From assembly GCA_021325135.1 (NCBI GenBank), contig JAJPHT010000045.1:32001-96000 (forward strand): DNA of 64,000 nucleotides, written 5' to 3'. Position numbers and translations under genes: made by a program. Shown here piece by piece: positions 58,015 to 64,000 of this stretch. How positions within the stretch are numbered: the first letter of the stretch is position 1; every line of letters begins with the position of its first letter. Origin of the DNA: Pseudomonadota bacterium. GTDB taxonomy: Archaea; Thermoplasmatota; SW-10-69-26; JACQPN01; JAJPHT01. The notes below the pieces were generated by a model. The model was not told where the DNA came from. It did no database searches and saw only the letters and a list, made by a program, of their open reading frames with translations.

Positions 58015-58332
58015 GTGGACTGGCGCGTCGCGGTGAAGCCCGCCAAGGGGGGCTGCGCGCTGGAGGTGGAGGTCGTGCCCGGCAGCCGCGAGAGCCGCTT
58101 CCCCGCGGGCTTCAACGCATGGCGCGGGCGCCTGGAGGCGAAGGTCCGCGCGCCCCCGGAGGAGGGGCAGGCCAACGCGGAATTGGTGGGCCTCGTCGCC
58201 GACGCGCTGGGCGTCCCGGCCTCGTGTGTGCGCGTGGGGGCCGGCGCGACCTCGCGCCGCAAGACGCTGCACGTCGAAGGGCTCGCGCCGCAGGAAGCGG
58301 CCGCGCGCCTCGCCGCAACGATGGGGCCCTAG
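58015..58332 (+). CDS. DUF167/UPF0235 (YggU-like) protein
   Basis: VEVVPGS...VRAPPEEGQANAEL...GATSRRK. Confidence 0.9.
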   Translation: MDWRVAVKPAKGGCALEVEVVPGSRESRFPAGFNAWRGRLEAKVRAPPEEGQANAELVGLVADALGVPASCVRVGAGATSRRKTLHVEGLAPQEAAARLAATMGP

Positions 58333-59732
58333 GTCGCACCCCAGCCCGGGAACGCGGCGCGCAGGGGCTGGCTGCCGTGCCAGACCTGGAGCGCGCCGCC
58401 CGAGGCGTTGACGGCGGCCACCATGCCGAAGGTGCCATCGCCCCAGAGGTCGCCCACGGCGACGCCGCTGCGCGTGACGGGGGGCGTCGCCAGGAAGCCC
58501 TTCACGCCGCCTCCGGCCAGGTCGAGGAGGAGCAGCCCCGTCCGCCCGTCCTTCGTGCCCGGCGCGATCACCACCTGCTTGCCGTCGCCCCGCACGTCCG
58601 CGACGGCGAAGTCCTTGTTGCTCTCCGCGGCGTTGAGGTCGCGGTGCCAGATCTCCTTGCCCGTCGCGGAGAAGAGGAACGCATGGCCGGGCCCGACGCG
58701 CTCAAAGTTGCCGGGCTTGTGGCCGATGGTGTTCCAGTCGCCGCCCAGGATCACGGGCCGGCCCCCGACGCTGAGCACGATGGGCCGCGTGTGCGTGAGG
58801 GGCGCGCCCCACGAGGGCTGGGCCTTCCAGAGGAGCTGCCCGTTGGGGCTCACGGCGAAGAGGACGAAGTGGTCCCGCGTGAAGTCGGTCGCGTCGTGCG
58901 CGTCGCGGGCGCCGAAGACGACCTCCGGGTGCCCGTCGCCGGTGAGGTCGGCCAGCGTGGGCGCGGCGGGAATGCTCGCGGGCGTGACGTAGGCCGAGGC
59001 GCGGAACGTCCAGCGCGTGGCGCCCGTCGCGCCGTTGAGCGCGTAGACGGTCCCCGCGTCGTTGGCGACGACCACCTCGCGCCTCCCGTCGCCGTCGAGG
59101 TCCCCGACGCTGGGCGACGCGTGGCCGCCGGGGATGGCGCGGGCCCAGAGCGTCGTGCCGTTGGCCCTCACGGCGAAGACCCCCGTCTCCTCCGTGACCA
59201 CCACGACGTCGAGCTTGCCGTCGCCGTCCAAGTCCGCGACGACGGGCGTCGCGTCCATGGTGGTGAAGGACTGGTACGGGTTGTAGCGATGCTCCCAGAC
59301 CTTGACGAAGGCCAGGTGCGTCGCGTTGCTGGCCGCCGGGCTCACCTCGAAGCGCACGACCACCGCGGCCGTGTCGGCGACGACCACGTCGAGGCGGCCG
59401 TTGCCATCGAGGTCGGCCACGACGGGCGCGTTGATGGGCCCGCTGACCCCTTCGAAGGAGTAGCACGCCGACGTGCAGCCCGCGTTCCCTGGCGCGAACC
59501 GGGCGAGCACGGCTCCGGTCGCGGGGCTCACGACGTACACGCTGCCATCGTCGCTCTGCACGACGGCCTCGGGGCGCCGGTCCCCGTTGAAGTCCGCCAG
59601 GGCGATCTGGAGGCCGTTGAACGGTCCGGCGCCCGGCGAGATCGTCCGTTGCAGGCTCGCCGTGGCCGCGGCCGGGGGGCTCGCCAGCAGGCCTGCCAGA
59701 AGCAGGATCGGGACCGATCGTCGGAAGAGCAT
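58329..59732 (-). CDS. secreted FG-GAP/VCBS-repeat beta-propeller protein
   Basis: Signal peptide MLFRRSVPILLLAGLL; repeated D(L/F)xGDG Ca-binding loops. Confidence 0.8.
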   Translation of the reverse strand: MLFRRSVPILLLAGLLASPPAAATASLQRTISPGAGPFNGLQIALADFNGDRRPEAVVQSDDGSVYVVSPATGAVLARFAPGNAGCTSACYSFEGVSGPINAPVVADLDGNGRLDVVVADTAAVVVRFEVSPAASNATHLAFVKVWEHRYNPYQSFTTMDATPVVADLDGDGKLDVVVVTEETGVFAVRANGTTLWARAIPGGHASPSVGDLDGDGRREVVVANDAGTVYALNGATGATRWTFRASAYVTPASIPAAPTLADLTGDGHPEVVFGARDAHDATDFTRDHFVLFAVSPNGQLLWKAQPSWGAPLTHTRPIVLSVGGRPVILGGDWNTIGHKPGNFERVGPGHAFLFSATGKEIWHRDLNAAESNKDFAVADVRGDGKQVVIAPGTKDGRTGLLLLDLAGGGVKGFLATPPVTRSGVAVGDLWGDGTFGMVAAVNASGGALQVWHGSQPLRAAFPGWGAT

Positions 59733-60032
59733 GGCATACTTCCGTGCAGGCGGCGGCTTGGCAACTCTGGAACACGACGCCCACGCCGGGCTCCGGCCGC
59801 TTGGCAAAGGTTTTAACACCCGAGCCGGCATGGGCGGCGCGAACCGGGAGACCCCGCGTCTCCTCGTCCACCATTCACCATCCTTCGGACGTGATGGGCC
59901 TCGGCCCGCGTCCGCGTATGCCCCCTTCCTTGGGCAGGCGACCCGGCGAACCGCGCCGGCGACCTCCGCGGCCTGGCACCCTGGCCCCAGTGGAGCCGAT
60001 CCTGCGGCGTGCCCGGTTCCAGGAGACACACG

Positions 60033-61745
60033 ATGTCCAACTCCACCAACATCGACCCGACCACGACCAAGTATCTCATCCGGGCCTCCATCGCCGCCGA
60101 GGGCGTCATCGAGAAGCCCGACGTCGTGGGCGCCATCTTCGGCCAGACCGAGGGGCTCCTCGGCGAGGACCTGGACCTGCGCGACCTCCAGAAGAGCGGC
60201 CGCATCGGCCGCATCGAGGTCATCATCGACTCCAAGAAGGGCAAGAGCACGGGCGACATCCACCTGCCCTCTTCGCTCGACAAGGTCGAGACCGCCATCC
60301 TCGCGGCCGCGCTGGAGAGCATCGACCGCGTGGGCCCCGCCAAGGCGGAGATCAAGGTCCGCGGCATCGAGGACGTGCGCAGCGTGAAGCGCGACGCCGT
60401 CATCGCCCGCGCCCGCGAGCTTCTCGCCACCATGGGCGAGATGGGCCAGGGCGAGAGCGCCTCCATCATGGAGGCCGTGCGCGACTCCGTGCGCGTCGAG
60501 GACATGGTCAGCTACGGCCCCGACCGCCTCCCCGCCGGCCCCAACGTGAGCAAGTCCGACTCCATCATCGTCGTGGAGGGGCGCAACGACGTCGCGAACC
60601 TCCTCAAGCACGGCATCAAGAACGCCATCGCGGTCGAGGGCACCAACGTTCCCAAGACCATCATCGACCTCTGCAAGGACAAGAGCGCCATCGCGTTCGT
60701 GGACGGCGACCGCGGCGGCGAGCTGATCCTCAAGGAGCTTCTCCAAGTCGCCGAGATCGACTTCCTCGCCCGCGCGCCCCGCGCCCACGAGGTCGAGGAG
60801 CTGACGCAGAAGCAGCTCATCAAGGCCCTGCGCAACAAGATCCCCGCGGACCAGTTCACCGAGCTCTACTCCCTGGAGCAGGGCCGCGCCCGCGACACGC
60901 GCGACAACCCCCGCGGCGGCGACCGCCGCGGCCGCCCCTCGGGCCGCGGCCACCCCGCCGACGCCGAGGAGGACGAGGACGAGGACGTCGACCTCACCTC
61001 CCCCATCGAGGGCGTCGACATGACGCCCATGGTGCAGCCCCAGCGCCGCGAGCAGCCGCGCCAGGAGCGCCGCGAGGAGCGCGCGCCCCGCGAGGACCGC
61101 GAGGAGCGCCGCGACGACCGCCGCCGCGAGGAGCGCGGCGAGCGGCGCGACCGCGGCGAGCGCCGCGACGAGCGCGGCCCGCGCGAGGACCGCCGCGAGC
61201 CCCGCGAGGAGCGCATGCCGCGCGAGGAGCGCGAGCGCGAGGCGCCCCGTGAAGAGCGTCGCCCCCGCGAGGAGCGCCGCGAGCGCAGGCCCGCCGAGGA
61301 CGCCGACGCGCGCCCCCGTGCCGAGCAGCGCCGCCCCGTGGAGGACGCCGAGGAGCGTCCGGCCGAGCGCCGCGCCCCGCGCGAGCCCGTCGAGGAGCCC
61401 GCGGCCGCCGAGATGGCGGAGCCCGCCGAGCCCGCCCGCCCCAAGGGCGACCGCGAGGGCAAGTACCTCGCGATCCTGGAGGAGCTCAGCGGCAAGCTGC
61501 AGGCCGTCATGCTCAACGACGCCTTCGAGCGCGTCGGCGACAAGGTGGCCGTGCGCGACCTCGCGGACACGCTGAAGAAGGACACGCCCGGCGTCACGCA
61601 GGTCGTCTTCGACGGCGTCGTCACGCAGCGCCTCATCGACATCGCGATGGACAAGAAGATCGCGACCCTCGTGGGCGTCAAGACGGGCAACATCACCAAG
61701 AAGCCCGCCGGCGTCGAAGTGGTGACCCGCGCGGACCTCGCCTAG
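60033..61745 (+). CDS. dnaG: archaeal DnaG (primase / exosome-associated)
   Basis: KPDVVGAIFGQTEGLLG, LQKSGRIGRI, VVEGRND, DGDRGG TOPRIM, FDGVVTQRL; RBS AGGAGA. Confidence 0.95.
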   Translation: MSNSTNIDPTTTKYLIRASIAAEGVIEKPDVVGAIFGQTEGLLGEDLDLRDLQKSGRIGRIEVIIDSKKGKSTGDIHLPSSLDKVETAILAAALESIDRVGPAKAEIKVRGIEDVRSVKRDAVIARARELLATMGEMGQGESASIMEAVRDSVRVEDMVSYGPDRLPAGPNVSKSDSIIVVEGRNDVANLLKHGIKNAIAVEGTNVPKTIIDLCKDKSAIAFVDGDRGGELILKELLQVAEIDFLARAPRAHEVEELTQKQLIKALRNKIPADQFTELYSLEQGRARDTRDNPRGGDRRGRPSGRGHPADAEEDEDEDVDLTSPIEGVDMTPMVQPQRREQPRQERREERAPREDREERRDDRRREERGERRDRGERRDERGPREDRREPREERMPREEREREAPREERRPREERRERRPAEDADARPRAEQRRPVEDAEERPAERRAPREPVEEPAAAEMAEPAEPARPKGDREGKYLAILEELSGKLQAVMLNDAFERVGDKVAVRDLADTLKKDTPGVTQVVFDGVVTQRLIDIAMDKKIATLVGVKTGNITKKPAGVEVVTRADLA

Positions 61746-61756
61746 GCGAGGTCAAG

Positions 61757-61853
61757 GGCGGGTCGCGAGGGGCTTCGGCCGCCTCGTGACCTGCCCCTCC
61801 GCGGGGCCCCTGGCGAGCAGCCGCGGGCCCCCTTTGTTCTCCTATCCTCTTTC
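61757..61853 (+). terminator. hairpins plus pyrimidine tract after dnaG
   Basis: GGCGGGTCGCGAGG...TTCG...CCTCGTGACCTGCC stem, a second GGGCCC stem, then T/C-rich tract. Confidence 0.5.
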
Positions 61854-62233
61854 TGGCTAGCCCGGCGTCAGCTTCAAGTCCGGCTGCCCAAGTGGCGCCT
61901 CCGTCGTCCGTCCGGCGCTGACAGGCTCCCTGCCGGCACGCGGTCGTCCATCGGGTCGCTACCTTCCTCTGCTTCCAGTGCGCTCTTTATGTGCCCGAAA
62001 CGGGTCCGTCGGGAGGAGGTCAACCGGGCCGGATTTCCGTCGCCGCGGCGACAATTCGTCGTGTCTGTCGTTGTCATGCACGGAAAACAACCTGAAAACC
62101 GGATTCATGACGTTGGCAACATAAGGCCCATGACCGGGCGACGTGGATTTCCATTGCATCCGGCGGAACGACGGGCCTGGCACCAAGGTTTATCTACCCT
62201 CGGGTTTTAATAGGGGTGCAACGGGTGGGTTCG

Positions 62234-62521
62234 ATGCAGAAGGATGAACTGATCCAAATGCACACCCTGCTTTGCCAGATCAAGAACCACCTGCAGAGCA
62301 CCGGTGTCGTGAACGGCGACTCCTTCGTGGAGTACGAAAACCTCGGCATTTCCCCGGTGCACGTGCACCGCTCCAAGGGCGACCACAAGCGCGCCATCTT
62401 CCTCCTCGGGAAGGAGTTGGCCCAGTTCGCCTCCCGGGGCGAGCTTTCCGGCCCCGCGCTGGTGAGCAGCCGCTTCGCCGCCCTGGCCGCCAACCGCGAG
62501 CGCGTGGCGGCGCGGCTTTGA
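62234..62521 (+). CDS. UPF0058 family protein
   Basis: MQKDELIQMH...Y..LGISPVHVHRSKGDHKRAIFLL. Confidence 0.88.
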   Translation: MQKDELIQMHTLLCQIKNHLQSTGVVNGDSFVEYENLGISPVHVHRSKGDHKRAIFLLGKELAQFASRGELSGPALVSSRFAALAANRERVAARL

Positions 62522-62659
62522 CGTTGACCTGTCAATCTTTTGGCGGAGGTGGGCGCAGGTGCGCGCACGTCGTCCCGCCCGCGCTCTCTTGACCCGACCC
62601 GGGAGCTTGTGGGCCTACGTCCGCCCTCTTATGCGCACGTCCCCGCAGCCGGTCCGTCC

Positions 62660-63103
62660 TCACGCGATGAGCTTCGTCATGAGGTAAGCATCCTCCCCGT
62701 CGGCGTAGTACTTCGGGAGGATCTTCCTCTTCTCGAACCCCAGCCGCTCGTAGAGCCGGATCGCGTTCTCGTTGGTGACGCGCACCTCCAGGTTGATGCG
62801 GCGGATGGCGCGGTGGAGGAACCGCTCCTCGAACAGCTTGACCAGCCGCGCGCCGATGCCCTTGCCGCGGGCGCGCTCGTCGACGGCGAGGATGAGGATG
62901 CGCGCTTCGTAGGCGCGCTCGATGACGCCCAGGAGGAAGCCTTCGATGCCCTCCTTGCTCTCGCAGACGATGAAGCCCTCGGGGTAGAGGTCACCCAGCT
63001 GGAGGAAGAGGCCGCCGTCGTAGCTCTCGTTGAGGCTCCGGTTCGCGAGGCGCACCACCTCGAAGAGGTCGTCGTGCTCGAAGTTGCGGAAGTGGAGCAG
63101 CAC
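62660..63103 (-). CDS. GNAT N-acetyltransferase (RimI/Ard1-like)
   Basis: LAVD..RGKGIG, LEVRVTN..AI.LY..GF, YYADGEDA. Confidence 0.9.
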   Translation of the reverse strand: MLLHFRNFEHDDLFEVVRLANRSLNESYDGGLFLQLGDLYPEGFIVCESKEGIEGFLLGVIERAYEARILILAVDERARGKGIGARLVKLFEERFLHRAIRRINLEVRVTNENAIRLYERLGFEKRKILPKYYADGEDAYLMTKLIA

Positions 63104-63164
63104 GTCACGGGGCGATGCGCGGCCCTGCCCGTTGGCTTTTTCGGTCTTGGGGCGCTCGCGTCGC

Positions 63165-63587
63165 GTGGAGCCGCTGCCCTCGTCCCTCGTCGCGCGCGTG
63201 GCGAAGGCGCGGCGCGTCGTGGAGGTGGGGGCCGGCGCGCGCTTCGAGACGGCGCTGGCGGTGGCGGCGCTGGGCCCCGAGGTGCTGGTCACCGACGTGG
63301 ACGCGCGCGTGCTGGCGGCGCCCGCTCCGTTGCGCGCCCTCGTGCACGACGTCGTGCGCGGTGATCCCCGGCTTCTGGGGCCCGCGGACGTGGTGCTGGC
63401 GGTGCGGGCGCCCGAGGAGCTTCAGCTTCCCATCGCCCGCGTGGCGCGCCGCCTGGGCGCGGACCTGGCGCTGCGGCCGCTCAAGGACGAGTGGGCGGAC
63501 GTCTCGGAGGCGTTTCCCCGGTGGGAGGCGCTGGGAGCGGGGTGGCGCTGGCACGCGCGGCCATCGAGCGATGGGCGCGAATGGTGA
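63165..63587 (+). CDS. UPF0146 family protein
   Basis: VVEVGAG, VTDV, HDV, AVRAPEELQ...A.L.LRPL. Confidence 0.75.
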   Translation: MEPLPSSLVARVAKARRVVEVGAGARFETALAVAALGPEVLVTDVDARVLAAPAPLRALVHDVVRGDPRLLGPADVVLAVRAPEELQLPIARVARRLGADLALRPLKDEWADVSEAFPRWEALGAGWRWHARPSSDGREW

Positions 63588-63612
63588 AAGGGGGCGGCGC
63601 CGAGGACGGAGC

Positions 63613-63711
63613 ATGAAGGTCATGCGGACCCTGGCCATGGCGGCCCTCGGATTCGGCGCCTACGCGGCGTACAAGCGATGGCGCGACAACCGGAAGACGC
63701 TCAACGCTTGA
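63613..63711 (+). CDS. 32-aa membrane-anchored microprotein
   Basis: MKVMRTLAMAALGFGAYAAYKRWRDNRKTLNA after GAGGA/GGAG. Confidence 0.45.
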   Translation: MKVMRTLAMAALGFGAYAAYKRWRDNRKTLNA

Positions 63712-64000
63712 GGTCGTACTCGGTGGCGCCCAGCGCGTAGAGGATGCCCTTGAGGTTCTCGCGGCTGAGGCTGCCCGAGGCGGCGCGCTTGAGGATCTCC
63801 TTGGCGTTGAAGGCGATGCCGAGGCCCGCGTTGCGGATCATGATCTGGTCGTTGGCGCCGTCGCCCACGGCCACGACCTCGTCGCGCTTGAGCCCCTCGC
63901 GCGCGGCCAGCTCCTCCAGGATCTCCCCTTTCCTGTGCATGTCGATGACGTCGCCTTCGACCTCGCCGGTGACGACGCCGTCGCGGATGACGAGCCGGTT
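63701..64000 (-). CDS. serB: phosphoserine phosphatase, C-terminal part
   Basis: NRLVIRDGVVTGEV...K...AVGDGANDQIM..AGLGIAFNAK; 5' part outside the window. Confidence 0.85.
   Translation of the reverse strand, partial: NRLVIRDGVVTGEVEGDVIDMHRKGEILEELAAREGLKRDEVVAVGDGANDQIMIRNAGLGIAFNAKEILKRAASGSLSRENLKGILYALGATEYDLKR

Noticed and set aside
61873-61885. 13-bp match (TTCAAGTCCGGCT) to the tRNA-Phe T-arm at 4907-4919, suggesting attL/attR of a 57-kb island
   Set aside because: The interval holds core genes (metG, acnA, icd, dnaG) and no intact integrase; the match does not extend into the acceptor stem, so it is chance or an unrelated scar.
61860-62230. Lower-GC intergenic stretch as an ncRNA or foreign DNA
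   Set aside because: No recognisable RNA fold or credible ORF; AT-rich boxes (TTTATCTA, TTTTAATA) fit the UPF0058 promoter region.

Overview
A very GC-rich (roughly 70-75% by eye) archaeal chromosome segment. Archaeal-type dnaG and metG, AlaX-M, UPF0058, UPF0146, an HTH-CBS regulator, a PGF-CTERM-like sorting signal, TATA-like promoters and a tRNA-Phe without encoded CCA point to an archaeon, most plausibly an uncultured high-GC Thermoplasmatota (inference). Most genes are housekeeping, metabolic or cell-surface genes (metG, aconitase, icd, thiolase, MoxR/DUF58/transglutaminase operon, MscS, dnaG, serB). The standout is a compact RiPP cluster at 33418-36953. It has two paralogous Cys/Ser/Thr-rich precursor peptides (one absent from the ORF track), followed by an APH-type kinase, a HopA1-type lyase and a stand-alone LanC cyclase, i.e. 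a split, class V-like lanthipeptide pathway without a LanD. Other notable signals are: a subtilase with GAEWN pentapeptide repeats in an operon with a membrane histidine kinase and a 39-aa zinc-finger microprotein; a strongly over-represented palindrome (T/C)GATATC(A/G) written into genes with rare codons; a synonymously recoded duplicate of the thiolase 3' end; a KvAP-like channel with a non-canonical filter; an IDH with a probable CTG start and a histone-H1-like tail; and several long intergenic palindromes. All family assignments come from motif recognition by eye; no searches were run.
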